NCBI GenBank assembly: GCA_963803145.1
Contig: CAWDLW010000013.1
Coordinates: forward strand, 1 to 64,000
Direction: 5' to 3'
DNA: 64,000 nucleotides
Source of the DNA: Methanotrichaceae archaeon
GTDB lineage: Archaea > Halobacteriota > Methanosarcinia > Methanotrichales > Methanotrichaceae
The translations under genes were made by a program, and so were the position numbers. The notes below the pieces were generated by a model, which was not told where the DNA came from, searched no databases, and saw nothing but the letters and a program-made list of their open reading frames with translations. Below, in pieces: positions 1-11,221 of the stretch. Position 1 is the stretch's first letter. Every line of letters starts with the position of its first letter.

Positions 1-19
1 AAGTTCGACATTTTTCAGG

Positions 20-721
20 TTAAGCAGAAGCCTTGGCGGCTGCTTCAGCCGCTTTCAGAGCTTCCTTCTTGGCCTCTTCTACTGCAGCTTTCCTCTCGGA
101 CTTGCCCTTCAGCATCTTTAGCTTGACCACATTGTCCCTTTCCATCTCCTCCAAGGCCATGGCGATGAACTTGATGGTGTCCTTGATTTCGGGAATCACC
201 TTGAACTCCAGAGCATTGACGCGCCTCTTAGTGCTGTCGATATCCTCGACAAGCCTGATCATTGCGGTCTCTACCTCTGCAGCCAGGATGACCTTGTCAA
301 GCAACTTCTCATAGGCATCGGCAGCCTCATCGATGGCAGCACTTGTTCCTATGATGCCGTAGCCGCGCTCGTACATCTTCTTCTGCACTGATTCGGCGGC
401 AATTTTGGGCACCACAACGCCCATGATGTTCCTGGACTCGAGCTGGATGGTGGGCTCCTTCTGCAAGGAGTAAGCCACGCTGTTGATGGCGACCGTCCCT
501 TCGGTTGCCTTGGCCATGTTGAGCCTCTGCTCAGCTTTGAGCAGAGAATCTACCAGCTCTTTCCTGACCGTCTTGGCCTTGTTTAGAACCTCGAAGAACT
601 CAATCATGAGGCCGTCACGCTTCATTTTGAGGAGCGAGTGACCAGTTTTCGCGACCTTCATTCGTTTCTTGAGAGCGATCAGCACTGACCTGGTCGGTTT
701 TGTTCCTCGAATTACAGCCAT
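20..721 (-). CDS. atpD: A1Ao ATP synthase subunit D
   Basis: True start MAVIRGTKPTRSVL at 721 (the ORF-track extension overlaps atpB); motifs GHSLLKMKRDGL and TKRRVNALE; last atp gene in the window. Confidence 0.95.
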   Translation of the reverse strand: MAVIRGTKPTRSVLIALKKRMKVAKTGHSLLKMKRDGLMIEFFEVLNKAKTVRKELVDSLLKAEQRLNMAKATEGTVAINSVAYSLQKEPTIQLESRNIMGVVVPKIAAESVQKKMYERGYGIIGTSAAIDEAADAYEKLLDKVILAAEVETAMIRLVEDIDSTKRRVNALEFKVIPEIKDTIKFIAMALEEMERDNVVKLKMLKGKSERKAAVEEAKKEALKAAEAAAKASA

Positions 722-725
722 GATC

Positions 726-2129
726 TCACTTCTTCGGTGCTTCTGCAGCCTTTGCTGTTCCTGCGTACTTGGGGTGGTAAGCCTTGATGTATTTGTCGTC
801 AATCCTGGTGAGCATCGCTTCAGGCAGGTCAGCCAAGAGGTCCCATCCGATCTGGAGGGTCTCGAAGATGGTCCGGTCCTCATCTCTGCCCTGATTGACG
901 AATTTCTTCTCGAACTTATCGGCGAACTCCAGGACCAATTTATCGCGTTCAGAGAGAGCCTCTTTGCCGACGATGGCCGCGAGACCGCGCAGATCGTTGC
1001 CCTCTGCATAGTAAGCATAGAGCTGATCCGATACTGCCCTGTGATCCTCGCGAGTGTGGCCCTTACCGATACCGGAGTTCATAAGCCGGGAAAGCGAGGG
1101 GCGGATGTCGACAGGCGGATAGATGCCCTTTCTGTGCAGCTCTCGGGAGATGAGGATCTGGCCCTCGGTGATATATCCGGACAGGTCCGGGATGGGGTGA
1201 GTGATGTCGTCGCCTGGCATGGTCAGGATGGGGAACTGGGTGATAGAGCCCTTCTTGCCCTTGATGATGCCTGCTCTCTCATACTGGCAGGCCAGGTCGG
1301 TGTACATGTATCCCGGGTAGCCCCGACGTCCTGGCACCTCTTCACGAGCAGCGCCCATTTGCCGGAGCGACTCGCAATAGTTGGTCATGTCCGTGTAGAT
1401 GATGAGCACGTGCATGTCCAGATCGAAGGCCAGATACTCCGCAGTGGTCAGTCCTAACCTAGGTGTCAGAATCCTCTCTACAGCCGGGTCGTCGGCCAGG
1501 TTCAGGAACACGACTGCCCTCTCCAGGGCTCCCGTCCTCTCGAAGTCAGCCAGGAAGTGCTGAGCCTCTTCGTTGGTGATGCCCATGGCGCAGAAGATAA
1601 CTGCGAACGACTCCGCTTCACCCAATGCCTTGGCCTGCCTGGCGATCTGCAGAGCAAGGTCGTTGTGGGGCAGACCTGCGCCAGAGAAGATGGGCAGCTT
1701 CTGGCCGCGCACCAGGGTGTTTGTGCCGTCGATGGTGGAAATGCCGGTCTGGATGAAAGCGCGCGGCTTCTCACGGGAAGCTGGGTTGATGGCAGCTCCT
1801 GCAATATCTCTCAATACCTCAGGAACAATTTCCGGGCCGCCGTCTCTGGGCTTTCCGGATCCGGACAGAACGCGTCCCACGATGCCGGGAGATAATGGCA
1901 TCTTGATGACGTCTCCGGTGAACCTGACAGCGCTATCCTTGGACAGACCGCCGGTTCCCTCGAATACCTGAACAACCACGATATCATCGGAGGAATCCAG
2001 CACCTGTCCTCTCTTCAGATCTCCGCCAGTTCTGATCTCGACGAGCTCCATGTAGCCCACTGGCTCGGTCTTCTCCACGAAGATGAGTGGTCCGGAGATC
2101 TCAGTAATAGTTTTGTATTCCTTGGTCAT
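726..2129 (-). CDS. atpB: A1Ao ATP synthase subunit B
   Basis: [49 protein letters not shown]; 467 aa. Confidence 0.97.
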   Translation of the reverse strand: MTKEYKTITEISGPLIFVEKTEPVGYMELVEIRTGGDLKRGQVLDSSDDIVVVQVFEGTGGLSKDSAVRFTGDVIKMPLSPGIVGRVLSGSGKPRDGGPEIVPEVLRDIAGAAINPASREKPRAFIQTGISTIDGTNTLVRGQKLPIFSGAGLPHNDLALQIARQAKALGEAESFAVIFCAMGITNEEAQHFLADFERTGALERAVVFLNLADDPAVERILTPRLGLTTAEYLAFDLDMHVLIIYTDMTNYCESLRQMGAAREEVPGRRGYPGYMYTDLACQYERAGIIKGKKGSITQFPILTMPGDDITHPIPDLSGYITEGQILISRELHRKGIYPPVDIRPSLSRLMNSGIGKGHTREDHRAVSDQLYAYYAEGNDLRGLAAIVGKEALSERDKLVLEFADKFEKKFVNQGRDEDRTIFETLQIGWDLLADLPEAMLTRIDDKYIKAYHPKYAGTAKAAEAPKK

Positions 2130-2141
2130 TTTGAACCCTCC

Positions 2142-3872
2142 TCACTTCAGCGCCTTAAACTCGGCGTCCATCTGAGCCAAAACCTTTGCCAGGATGGGCT
2201 CATACTCAGCTTCCAGTCTTACCTTGGCCAGAGCATCCTTGGATGGAACGGATGTGATCTGCGCCACTGATATGCCCTTCTGGACTGCATCGAAGGCGTA
2301 GTCCCTGAACTTCAGGATGGATTCTAAGAGGTCGAACTGCTTCTTGTAGGGAGAGAAGGTATCCACCGGATGGAATGCGCTCTGTGCCAGCCAGAAGTTG
2401 ATGATCATCCTTGCGACTTCCAGTGTGACCTGCTGATCCTCAGGCAGGGCATCCGATCCTACGAGCATCACGATCTCTTCCAGCTCGGCGTTCTCCTGCA
2501 GTATGGCCATGGCACGTCTCTTGTTCTTGTTCCAGTCGGGGCTGACGTTCTCTACGAACCAGGGCTCGAGGTCTAGGTCATACAGCGAGTAGGAATCCAG
2601 CCAGTTGATGGACGGGAAATGCCTGCGCTGTGTCAGCTTAGAGTCCAGTGCCCAGAATACCTTGACCATTCTCAGTGTGTTCTGAGTAACGGGCTCGGTG
2701 AAGTCTCCGCCGGGCGGGGACACGGCACCTACGATGCTAACTGAACCCTGGCCTCCGTTGAGAACCTCGGCACGTCCGGCACGCTCGTAGAAGTCGGCAA
2801 GTCTAGCACCCAGGTATGCTGGATAACCTTCCTCACCAGGCATCTCTTCCAGACGCGAGCCCATCTCTCTCATGGCCTCTGCCCACCGAGAGGTGGAGTC
2901 AGCGGTCATCAGGACGTCGTAGCCCATATCTCTGTAGTACTCTGACGTGGTCATTCCTGTGTAAACAGAAGCCTCACGAGCAGCCACCGGCATATTGGAG
3001 GTATTGGCGTAAACGATGGACCTCTCCATCAGGGGCCTGCCGGTCCTTGGGTCTTGCAGCTCAGGGAACTCATGCAGCAGATCGGCCATCTCATTGCCGC
3101 GCTCGCCGCATCCCACATAAACCACAATGTCGACATCTGCCCACTTGGACAGGGTCTGCTGCATAACCGTCTTTCCGGTACCGAATCCGCCAGGAATGGC
3201 TGCCGTTCCGCCCTTGGCCAGGGAGAAGAATCCGTCTATAACCCTCTGCCCAGTCCTCAGGGGAATGGTGGGTGCCAGTTTTTTTGTCACAGGTCGGGCT
3301 CGTCTTACCGGCCACTTGTGCATCATGGTGAGCTTGGTGCCGTCCTCAAAGACGAGAACAGTCTCATCGACAGTGAAGTTTCCGGAGTAGATCTCCTTGA
3401 CGGTTCCGCCCTTTTGATTGGGTGGGACCATGATCTTATGCTTGATGAGCAGCTGCTCCTGAACCTCACCAAAGGCTTGTCCGGGCTTTAGGACATCGCC
3501 CTTCTTGGCTGTGGGCTTGAACTCCCACTTCTTCTTGTGATCGATGCCGTCTACGAACAGACCCCTGCTGATGAAGTCTCCGGATGCCGCTGCCAACATG
3601 GGTAGTGGCCTTTGGATACCGTCGTAAATTTGGGTCAGAATGCCTGGACCCAGTTGTGCTACGAGTGGAGCTCCAGTCTCCTTGACTGGCTCGCCGGGCC
3701 GCACGCCGCCCGTATCTTCGTATACTTGAATGATATGTTTATTGCCGGAAATGCCGATGACTTCACTCATCAGGCCTTCCTCGCCGACCAGGACCAGGTC
3801 GTACATGGAAGCTTTCAGGCCCGTAGCCTGAACTAGTGGTCCGGCGACTCGCTTTATTTTCCCTACTTCCAT
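2142..3872 (-). CDS. atpA: A1Ao ATP synthase catalytic subunit A (no intein)
   Basis: Walker [50 protein letters not shown]; 576 aa. Confidence 0.97.
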   Translation of the reverse strand: MEVGKIKRVAGPLVQATGLKASMYDLVLVGEEGLMSEVIGISGNKHIIQVYEDTGGVRPGEPVKETGAPLVAQLGPGILTQIYDGIQRPLPMLAAASGDFISRGLFVDGIDHKKKWEFKPTAKKGDVLKPGQAFGEVQEQLLIKHKIMVPPNQKGGTVKEIYSGNFTVDETVLVFEDGTKLTMMHKWPVRRARPVTKKLAPTIPLRTGQRVIDGFFSLAKGGTAAIPGGFGTGKTVMQQTLSKWADVDIVVYVGCGERGNEMADLLHEFPELQDPRTGRPLMERSIVYANTSNMPVAAREASVYTGMTTSEYYRDMGYDVLMTADSTSRWAEAMREMGSRLEEMPGEEGYPAYLGARLADFYERAGRAEVLNGGQGSVSIVGAVSPPGGDFTEPVTQNTLRMVKVFWALDSKLTQRRHFPSINWLDSYSLYDLDLEPWFVENVSPDWNKNKRRAMAILQENAELEEIVMLVGSDALPEDQQVTLEVARMIINFWLAQSAFHPVDTFSPYKKQFDLLESILKFRDYAFDAVQKGISVAQITSVPSKDALAKVRLEAEYEPILAKVLAQMDAEFKALK

Positions 3873-4162
3873 AAATCAACACCTATTGCCCTTTTAATCT
3901 TCTCTCTCATCTCTGTGCTCTGCTCGGTTCCGATGGCAATCATAGTAGGCTTGATAGACTCGGAGAGCTGCTCTTGAAGCCGCTTAGGGAGTCGATTGTA
4001 ATCCGATTGCTTCAATACCAGGATACCCACATTTGGATCGGCCATAACATCGTTGATCTTGGAGACCAACTCATCCTCAGTATTGGCTGCATAGGATTTC
4101 TTTATGCCTGCCAGGTTGAACCCGAGGACTGCATCGCCATTACCAACAAAAGCGATCTCCAT
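3863..4162 (-). CDS. atpF: A1Ao ATP synthase subunit F
   Basis: 99 aa, [20 protein letters not shown] and [10 protein letters not shown]; expected operon position. Confidence 0.93.
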   Translation of the reverse strand: MEIAFVGNGDAVLGFNLAGIKKSYAANTEDELVSKINDVMADPNVGILVLKQSDYNRLPKRLQEQLSESIKPTMIAIGTEQSTEMREKIKRAIGVDLWK

Positions 4163-5211
4163 TAAGCCACCACCACCTGCTCCTCTATGAGTTCAGCAGG
4201 AAGGCCAGCCTCTTTTCCTCGGACGATCTTCCTGATATTTGCAACCTCAGTCTCCTTGCTCACCATATATCCGAGCACAGGCAGTATAGATAACGGATGA
4301 TAGTTCGAAAGAGCCCATGCATACCTGACGAGATACGCTCTTAACCTGGCCTCGACCCTGCTTATGGCATCGATATCGACAGTTGCGATATCAGAGATCG
4401 AGGACCAGAAGGGATATCCTTCCAGGCTTCGCAAGAACTCGCCGAAAGGCTGGCCTGCCATGCGGCTCAGCTCATCGTAGAGCTTTCCACCAGGAATTAA
4501 GTTCTCCTGGATCACGTTCGCATCTATGCCCGCTCTATTCATTCTGAAGAGAGTTGTCAGATTACGTATATCAATCTCTCTGCGGACATACTTAAGGAGC
4601 AAGCCTCCACCTACCGATAATGTCCCGCCTACAGCACGCTCCATCCTGAAGTAATAGAGCTTGTCCAGGGCGTTTTCCAAAGGTGCCAGATTCTTTCCAT
4701 CGTACTGCGCAAGCGCGCTGGCATAGTCGGTGCCATCAAAGGCCGAGATGACCTCTTGAACGGACTCCTTTTTAGCCAGCTCCGCCAGGAACTCCTCAGA
4801 GAGTTCCCCCGCAGGCACGAGGTACTTCATTATCTCTATATCGCTAGCTCCATAGAACTTGCCGCGTAGGAGGGTTTTGATGTTCCAGATATCCCAGCGC
4901 CTCAGGTATTCCAGTATCAGGAAAGACGGTTCGTCTATAGAGACCTCCAGAAGCTTGCGGTAAGTCTTCGCAAGGTTAGCGAAGGTTGCATGCTCGATCA
5001 ACTCCGCACCTGAGTAGTCCTTAGACAGAGCATCGATCTCATCCTTATATTGGGTCTCCTCCAGGTATCTGGCAATCTCGGATGTATCCATGCTCAACAT
5101 CCTGGAATACATTTCTCCAGGGATGAGCTTGGTCTTCATCGCCCTGACTCTGCCCGTGATGTAAGCATACTTCACCGGTTTTCCGAACTTCGGCAAACGT
5201 AGTACAGGCAT
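4162..5211 (-). CDS. atpC: A1Ao ATP synthase subunit C
   Basis: [44 protein letters not shown]; start taken at the ATG of MPVLRL after GTGAGG. Confidence 0.92.
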   Translation of the reverse strand: MPVLRLPKFGKPVKYAYITGRVRAMKTKLIPGEMYSRMLSMDTSEIARYLEETQYKDEIDALSKDYSGAELIEHATFANLAKTYRKLLEVSIDEPSFLILEYLRRWDIWNIKTLLRGKFYGASDIEIMKYLVPAGELSEEFLAELAKKESVQEVISAFDGTDYASALAQYDGKNLAPLENALDKLYYFRMERAVGGTLSVGGGLLLKYVRREIDIRNLTTLFRMNRAGIDANVIQENLIPGGKLYDELSRMAGQPFGEFLRSLEGYPFWSSISDIATVDIDAISRVEARLRAYLVRYAWALSNYHPLSILPVLGYMVSKETEVANIRKIVRGKEAGLPAELIEEQVVVA

Positions 5212-5216
5212 CGTCC

Positions 5217-5765
5217 TCACCCGAACAAGATCCCGGAAACCTCTTTCATGTGGTTATTGAATACCTCACGCGCAAGAGTTTCGTAGGTCAGATCGTAACG
5301 CAGAGCCCCATCTTTGCTCTCGATAACCACGCCGCCTATTATGTCCAGATTCCCGCCATAATTAGGGGCGAGAGAGGATACGAAGGCCTCATCTCTCTTA
5401 TTGGAATAGACCTTCATATCCTTGAGATTGTAAGGCTCGAGCTGCTTTTTAAGCAACGCCTCATTGTCCTTCTTGGGAAGATTTTTGATTTTCTCCAAAT
5501 ACGCTAACCATACCTTCTCAAGTAGATCTTTGTGTATATTCAACTCAGATCTCTTGACTTCAAGGTTAGCGCTGGATATCTCCCTGCGCTCGACTGCCTC
5601 AATCGCATGTGCAACCTCTACTTCCTTCCTGGACTTTATCTCTGCGGCACGTTTCCTAGCTTCATTGAGTATTCTTGCAGCCTCTTGGTCGCCCTCAGTA
5701 TTGATTTGGGCGACTTTATCCTTGCTGGTTGCAAGAACCGACTCAACCACTGCATCTAGTGCCAT
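5217..5765 (-). CDS. atpE: A1Ao ATP synthase subunit E
   Basis: N-terminal coiled coil, [13 protein letters not shown]-terminal VSGILFG; operon position. Confidence 0.92.
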   Translation of the reverse strand: MALDAVVESVLATSKDKVAQINTEGDQEAARILNEARKRAAEIKSRKEVEVAHAIEAVERREISSANLEVKRSELNIHKDLLEKVWLAYLEKIKNLPKKDNEALLKKQLEPYNLKDMKVYSNKRDEAFVSSLAPNYGGNLDIIGGVVIESKDGALRYDLTYETLAREVFNNHMKEVSGILFG

Positions 5766-5790
5766 TGCCTCTCACCCTTCTAACTGGTGC

Positions 5791-6057
5791 TTAAGGTGTC
5801 ACGATGGCGCCGAAGGGTGTCCAGGCGAACATTAGAATTAGAGATACAGCGAGTCCGAAGATGATCAGAGTCTCAGGCAGAAGCATGAGGAACAGACCCT
5901 TACCAAGGAATCCCGGCTCCTCAGCAACGACGCCGACTACTGCAGCGCCGATACCTTGCTCACCAACGCCTGCACCAATACCGGCAAGTCCGGTTGCAAG
6001 CCCTGCTCCAACTGCCAACAGACCATACAATACTCCTGCATCTGCAACTACTGCCAT
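5791..6057 (-). CDS. atpK: A1Ao ATP synthase proteolipid subunit K (c), single hairpin
   Basis: Two hydrophobic helices, glycine-rich GLAGIGAGVG, ion-binding LPETL; strong GGAGG upstream. Confidence 0.93.
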   Translation of the reverse strand: MAVVADAGVLYGLLAVGAGLATGLAGIGAGVGEQGIGAAVVGVVAEEPGFLGKGLFLMLLPETLIIFGLAVSLILMFAWTPFGAIVTP

Positions 6058-6085
6058 TTTCCTCAATCCTCCATTTTTATTAGAA

Positions 6086-6113
6086 TTAACGTTTTCAACT
6101 TAACCTTTTCAAC
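6086..6113. repeat. 14-bp tandem duplication in the atpI-atpK spacer
   Basis: TTAACGTTTTCAAC followed by TTAACCTTTTCAAC (13/14 identical). Confidence 0.8.
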
Positions 6114-8141
6114 TTATGCCTTCAAGAACCTCCGGACATGTCCGAAGGGGCTATACTCAACTCCACCGCCATGCGCACTGTAGAACTTGGTAAACATCTC
6201 CACATAATGCAACCTCAGCGGGTGCATGAATGGGGAAAGAATTCCAAGCAGCATGTTGATGAAGTGCACTACTGTTAAGATCACTATGCCTGCGATAGCC
6301 GCAATTATAGTGGGACTCTCCGAGCCGCCGCTCAGCATTGGCATTATGACATAGAATGCAAGCTGATTAGCCGCAAATGCGAGACCAACAGAAGCCAACC
6401 CAATGGCCAAAAGCCTCAGGTAGGATATCAGGTTGCTCACATAGAACGGCACGTGTGCCAGGCCCATAGGTCCTTCCGGTCCCATGACCATCATCACAAT
6501 GGAAACTACTATGATGATTGCGCTCGGGATGACCAGTACCATATTCATGCCCATGACCATCCCAAGCAGAAGGAGTGCGAAGAATACCTGGAAGAGCAAC
6601 ACCGGCAGCCTCTCGAAATAGGCGTGCTTCTTCTCGCCGTAGTTCAGCTCAGTCTTAATGCCTAGAATAGAACCCACACCGGTATGGATGACACCTATGA
6701 AGATGCTGATGCCGATTAACATCAGAACGGCATTTGTCGCAAGCCGATCCATCGGGAAAATGCCCAATGGGCCCAGTCTTCCTAAGCTACCATAGACACC
6801 CTCACCAAAGTAAAGACCTGATGCCTTCAAAAGCTCTATCTGAGACTCAGGCAGTGTTCCTACCACTCTGCCCCACAGGCCAAGAGGCCCGAAGATTTCG
6901 CCGAAGAAGAACCCGAATATAATGGCCCAAACGCTCGCAATCAGCACTATATTTATGAGCTGCTGCCAGCCATCGGTTCTGAACTTCTTCTTGAGCATGA
7001 GCAGAACGATCATGGTCATTATGCCGTATCCAATATCTCCCAAAATCATGCCGAACATGATTGGGAAGAATACGAATATCAGCAGCGACGGGTCGAACTC
7101 CTTGTACTCAGGCACCGCAAAGAGCCTTGTGATCAGTTCGTAGGGCTTCACAATGCCAGGATTGTTCATCTTTGTTGGGACATCCTCACCGTGCTCTACG
7201 AGATCCTCCGCCTCTTTATCATCGAGCTTCTGGACCTCGATCTTGCCTCCGGCTGCGCCCTCAAGTCCACTTCTGAGAGCATCGAACTGATCCGATGGTA
7301 CGTAGCCATCGATGACGAATGTGTTGGCAGTCTCAGCAAACCTGAGCGGTGCCTCTGTCATCGCCGTCTGCATAGACAGATATTCATCCGTGGCCAGTAT
7401 CAGATCCTCATACTGCTTCTTCAGATCGACAAGCTTCTTTTGGAGCGGGGCCTTCTCGCCCACCAGGTTCTTGATATCGCTCTCAAGGGAGGCGATCGCC
7501 GAGTCTACGCTCCCCTCCAGATGAGGAACGGATGTTTCTGAAAATCCGTGCTCAGCTAGGACGGAAGAGACTTCACCTGCCTTATCTGCGGGCACAAATG
7601 CCGCTATAATACTCCCTGTCTTTGTACTTGCAGAATAGATCTCATTTGTGGGAGAGACCTTGGCTACATCTGCATCTACGGGCGAAGTTACCTTTCCGAC
7701 GAAAACGGCCAAGGAATCATAACCATAATACGCTTCCAGGGGTAGCGGCAAAACTGCCAAGGGTTTCAGGCTTGTGATCTGATCCTGCTTGGACTTCACC
7801 TCAGCATCGATTGCAACAATTCGCTCATAGGTGGATGTTACCTCTGAGCTGACGTTATTGAGGAGATTATCCTTCTCGGATAAGATCTGCGATTCAGGAA
7901 AAGTCTTCTCAGGGGCCTTGGATTTTATATCCAGGTACCTGGACATGGATCTAAGTTTTATCAGATCCTCCGAGTATTCCTTGGCTTTACCGATGGGTTT
8001 GCCCAGCTCGAATTCGGGCTGGCTGCCATTATAGTTGACTATATGTAACAGACGTAACTCATGCAGCTTTTCGATAACAGGTGCAACAACGTCCTTCGAC
8101 CCGGCGACGACTACACGACTCATCTTAACGGGTCTAAGCAT
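6114..8141 (-). CDS. atpI: A1Ao ATP synthase subunit I (a)
   Basis: 675 aa; soluble N-half and membrane C-half; FGMILGDIGYG, SYLRLLAIGLA (essential Arg), LRLHYVEMFTKFY. Confidence 0.95.
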   Translation of the reverse strand: MLRPVKMSRVVVAGSKDVVAPVIEKLHELRLLHIVNYNGSQPEFELGKPIGKAKEYSEDLIKLRSMSRYLDIKSKAPEKTFPESQILSEKDNLLNNVSSEVTSTYERIVAIDAEVKSKQDQITSLKPLAVLPLPLEAYYGYDSLAVFVGKVTSPVDADVAKVSPTNEIYSASTKTGSIIAAFVPADKAGEVSSVLAEHGFSETSVPHLEGSVDSAIASLESDIKNLVGEKAPLQKKLVDLKKQYEDLILATDEYLSMQTAMTEAPLRFAETANTFVIDGYVPSDQFDALRSGLEGAAGGKIEVQKLDDKEAEDLVEHGEDVPTKMNNPGIVKPYELITRLFAVPEYKEFDPSLLIFVFFPIMFGMILGDIGYGIMTMIVLLMLKKKFRTDGWQQLINIVLIASVWAIIFGFFFGEIFGPLGLWGRVVGTLPESQIELLKASGLYFGEGVYGSLGRLGPLGIFPMDRLATNAVLMLIGISIFIGVIHTGVGSILGIKTELNYGEKKHAYFERLPVLLFQVFFALLLLGMVMGMNMVLVIPSAIIIVVSIVMMVMGPEGPMGLAHVPFYVSNLISYLRLLAIGLASVGLAFAANQLAFYVIMPMLSGGSESPTIIAAIAGIVILTVVHFINMLLGILSPFMHPLRLHYVEMFTKFYSAHGGGVEYSPFGHVRRFLKA

Positions 8142-8460
8142 GCAACAACCCCATGAACTCCTTCATAAGATATTCGACTGCTTTGTCCAGTTTAGCGCTG
8201 GCACTGGTATTCAATGAACTCACATTCTTCTCGCCGCTCTGAATAATCGATTGCTTTTTAACTTTGACATCGGCCTCTGCTTTGGCAATGCTCTTGTCAT
8301 AGTACTCTTGTGCTTCGGCTTCAGAGTTCTTTATGATGTTAGTTGCTTCAGCTGTAGCGTCGGCTATTTTCTTGTCCTTATCTTCCATGGCCTTCTGGAC
8401 ACTGGCCCTGGCTTCAGCCTCCGCCTGTTTGATTTTCGATAAGATATCGTCTCTAGCCAT
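8134..8460 (-). CDS. atpH: A1Ao ATP synthase subunit H/G (peripheral stalk)
   Basis: 108-aa coiled coil, first gene of the operon, overlaps the atpI start. Confidence 0.88.
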   Translation of the reverse strand: MARDDILSKIKQAEAEARASVQKAMEDKDKKIADATAEATNIIKNSEAEAQEYYDKSIAKAEADVKVKKQSIIQSGEKNVSSLNTSASAKLDKAVEYLMKEFMGLLHA

Positions 8461-8560
8461 CTGATCCCTCTACATGTTCCCTCTCTACACCTCTTCAGTT
8501 TTCAAACAGCGCTACATCACTTGGCTCGTGATAAACGCTCAAATCCATCCCCATCTACCA

Positions 8561-8604
8561 ATATAAACTCTTCGGTTTTGCCTTTGCAATATAAGCGGTT
8601 TTAG
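8561..8604 (-). promoter_or_regulatory. Two tandem BRE/TATA-like elements upstream of the atp operon
   Basis: Minus strand reads AAAACCGCTTATATTG and then AAAACCGAAGAGTTTATATTG, about 100-140 nt before atpH. Confidence 0.5.
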
Positions 8605-8613
8605 TGCCTCTTT

Positions 8614-9777
8614 TTACAATCCCCAAAATTTTAATGCAGTTTCCAGCTCTTTATGATCTTTAGCGTATTCTTTCAAAGGAATACCCTGCATCCATGCTTC
8701 TACAGCCTGGATCATTGCCCTAGCACCAGCTGTCGTTCCATCTGGATGGCCGTGGACGCCTCCCCCGGCCTGGATTATGCAATCAATACCGTAACCATCC
8801 AAGTTAGCGTAGACATTGGCAGGGTAGACACCGCCTGAAGCTACTGGAAAAACTCTCTTAAGGCCATACCAATCATTGCGTAGCGCATCCTTGGCTAGGT
8901 CATTCTCGTGCGTCTCGCGAGCCATCTTGCCTAAGTAGGTACCCGTATGCAGATTTGTGCCTCCTGCCAGTCTGACAAGCTTGGCTATTACAACCATGCT
9001 TATCCCGTGAGATTTGTCACGTGTGAATGCAGCATGCATCGTCCTGTGTACATGAATTGGCAAATTCACATTTTTTGCGAGTACCTCAACTGCGGAGAAG
9101 CCCGCTGTGAGGACGTCAACCATGATCATGTTTGCGCCATGATCAACAGCAGTTTGAGCACGCTCTAGTATCTGGTCTGCTCCAGTCGTGACATTTACGG
9201 CATAAAATGCCTTCTTGCCGGTCTCATTCTCAACCTTATCAAAGGCACTCATGACTGCCTCAAGCCTTGGAATCATTGGGCAGAAGCTTTGGTTCGTCAG
9301 AGTCTCATCATCCTTTACGAGATCGAGGCCACCCCGAACTGCTGCAGCTGCAACCGCGGCAGTGCCCGCTGCATCGAGGCCGACCTTGGGCTTAACAATT
9401 GTCCCAACAAAGGGCCTATCAAAGACACCCAATATCTTCCTAGCATCTTCTATGCCGAATCTCGGGCCTTTATGCGCCCTGACAAGACCCTCAGGAAAGA
9501 TCACATCTTCGAGGCGAACTTTCTTTATGGCTCCAAGGCCGAAGAGGTTTCCGGCAACTACTGAGAGATACTGGGGTATATTGCCAGACTCGAAAATCTC
9601 CTCTGGAAAGCCTATCTCCACTTCAGTCCCTTGAGCACTGATCACCCTTGCCGCAAGAGGGTTATCTGCGCCACGAACCTCGGTCCAGGTGCCTGTAGAT
9701 TGCTCGGCAGCTATTGCCTCTGCCGCCTTTTTAATGGGCAGATCAGTCTCAACGTGATATTTCGCTATAAGCTCCAT
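8614..9777 (-). CDS. rbcL: Ribulose-1,5-bisphosphate carboxylase, archaeal form III (compact, 387 aa)
   Basis: AEQSTGTW, GNLFG, KPKVG, DLVKDDE, HVHRTMH, LHTGT, loop-6 LGKM, ASGG, QAGGGVHGHP: the active-site residues I could check are present, so not a RuBisCO-like protein (RLP). Confidence 0.9.
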   Translation of the reverse strand: MELIAKYHVETDLPIKKAAEAIAAEQSTGTWTEVRGADNPLAARVISAQGTEVEIGFPEEIFESGNIPQYLSVVAGNLFGLGAIKKVRLEDVIFPEGLVRAHKGPRFGIEDARKILGVFDRPFVGTIVKPKVGLDAAGTAAVAAAAVRGGLDLVKDDETLTNQSFCPMIPRLEAVMSAFDKVENETGKKAFYAVNVTTGADQILERAQTAVDHGANMIMVDVLTAGFSAVEVLAKNVNLPIHVHRTMHAAFTRDKSHGISMVVIAKLVRLAGGTNLHTGTYLGKMARETHENDLAKDALRNDWYGLKRVFPVASGGVYPANVYANLDGYGIDCIIQAGGGVHGHPDGTTAGARAMIQAVEAWMQGIPLKEYAKDHKELETALKFWGL

Positions 9778-10008
9778 GCGATCACTCCGTTATAGCTATC
9801 AATCTATTACCGCTATTATTGCTATTGATTGGCATTACTACGACTATTGCTGAGGATATTACGGCTACCACTAGTGAGCAGCAGGATATAAGGACTCTCT
9901 TAGGATTTCATAAACACAATAAATGGTAAATAGTATATGGATTGAATGTGGGATGCTAGAAAGCATGCCAATTGCCGTTAGCGAACTATACAGGATAATG
10001 GGATTTAG

Positions 10009-11124
10009 ATGACCAAGATTACAGTTAGTTTGATCAAAGCAGATGTCGGCGGGTATCCTGGGCACTCATCTGTCCACCCCGCACTTATAGAGGCTGCCAA
10101 TAAACACCTTGAACAGGCATTGAAATCCGGTGCCTTGATAGACTTTAGGGTGATGTCCTGCGGCGATGATCTTGAGCTTTTGATGAGTCACAAAAAGGGC
10201 TGCGATAACGGAGAGATTCATGGTCTAGCCTGGGAGACCTTTGAGGAAGCAACTGAGGTTGCAAAGAAGCTGAAGCTATATGGTGCAGGCCAGGATCTTC
10301 TCTCCGATGCATTCAGCGGAAACATTCGCGGAATGGGGCCAGGAGTAGCAGAAATGGAGTTCACTGAGCGCACAAGCGAGCCAATTGTGGCCTTCATGAT
10401 GGATAAGACTGAGCCTGGCGCATTCAACCTTCCGATTTATAAAATGTTTGCAGACCCATTCAATACCGCTGGACTCGTGATCGACCCTGCTTGCCACCAG
10501 GGATTCGTATTTGAGATTTGGGATATCATGGAGCATAAGAAGGTCTTCATGAAATGCCCTGAGGAGATGTATGATATTCTGGCGTTGATCGGCGCGAAGA
10601 GCAGGTATGTTATAAAAAGGGTTTATCCTAAAGCTGGAGGAAAGCTGCCTGAGGAAGAAGCAGTCGCTGTGATAAGCACTGAGAAGCTCTTCCAGACAGC
10701 CGGCACCTACGTCGGAAAGGATGACCCTGCTGGACTCGTCAGGTCCCAATCCGGCCTTCCAGCCTTGGGCGAGGTCCTTGAGCCATTCGCGCTCGCCCAC
10801 CTGGTCAGCGGATGGATGAGGGGGAGCCATAATGGACCACTTATGCCATGCTCATTTGAGACCGCACACCCTACAAGGTTTGATGGTCCGCCAAGAGTTA
10901 TTGCAGCAGGATTCCAGCTCGGCTACGGAAAATTCGTAGGCCCTGTAGATCTCTTCAAAGACCCGGCGTTCGATCTTGCAAGAAAGAGAGCTCTCGAGAT
11001 CACTGATTATATGCGCATGCACGGACCTTTTGAACCTCATCGGTTGCCGATGGAAGACATGGAGTACACGACATTACCTCATGTCATGAAGCGGCTGGGC
11101 GATAGATTCGTGAATGCTGAATAA
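10009..11124 (+). CDS. fbp: Bifunctional fructose-1,6-bisphosphate aldolase/phosphatase (class V)
   Basis: IKADVGG..GH, CGDD, LYGAGQDLL, DKTEPGAFN, YVGKDDP (Schiff-base Lys), GWMRGSH, EYTTLP. Confidence 0.95.
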   Translation: MTKITVSLIKADVGGYPGHSSVHPALIEAANKHLEQALKSGALIDFRVMSCGDDLELLMSHKKGCDNGEIHGLAWETFEEATEVAKKLKLYGAGQDLLSDAFSGNIRGMGPGVAEMEFTERTSEPIVAFMMDKTEPGAFNLPIYKMFADPFNTAGLVIDPACHQGFVFEIWDIMEHKKVFMKCPEEMYDILALIGAKSRYVIKRVYPKAGGKLPEEEAVAVISTEKLFQTAGTYVGKDDPAGLVRSQSGLPALGEVLEPFALAHLVSGWMRGSHNGPLMPCSFETAHPTRFDGPPRVIAAGFQLGYGKFVGPVDLFKDPAFDLARKRALEITDYMRMHGPFEPHRLPMEDMEYTTLPHVMKRLGDRFVNAE

Positions 11125-11221
11125 CTTTTTTTGCCTTGCAAAGGGCCTATACTTTTTTTATAGTTAATCACTTGTAATATAATATTAGCTGATGTGAGGC
11201 GGCTTGATAGCCGATCTTTAG

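Noticed and set aside
722-1018. 99-aa N-terminal extension of atpD in the ORF track
   Set aside because: Overlaps atpB in another frame; subunit D similarity starts at the ATG at 721
2142-3872. Possible intein in atpA, a common insertion site
   Set aside because: Normal length and continuous sequence through the Walker A region
669-8442. Many long plus-strand ORFs antisense to the atp operon (for example 669-1457)
   Set aside because: Shadow ORFs expected from the codon bias of highly expressed genes; no motifs
8614-9777. RuBisCO-like protein (form IV) because of short length
   Set aside because: KDDE, the loop-6 Lys and the other checked catalytic residues are present
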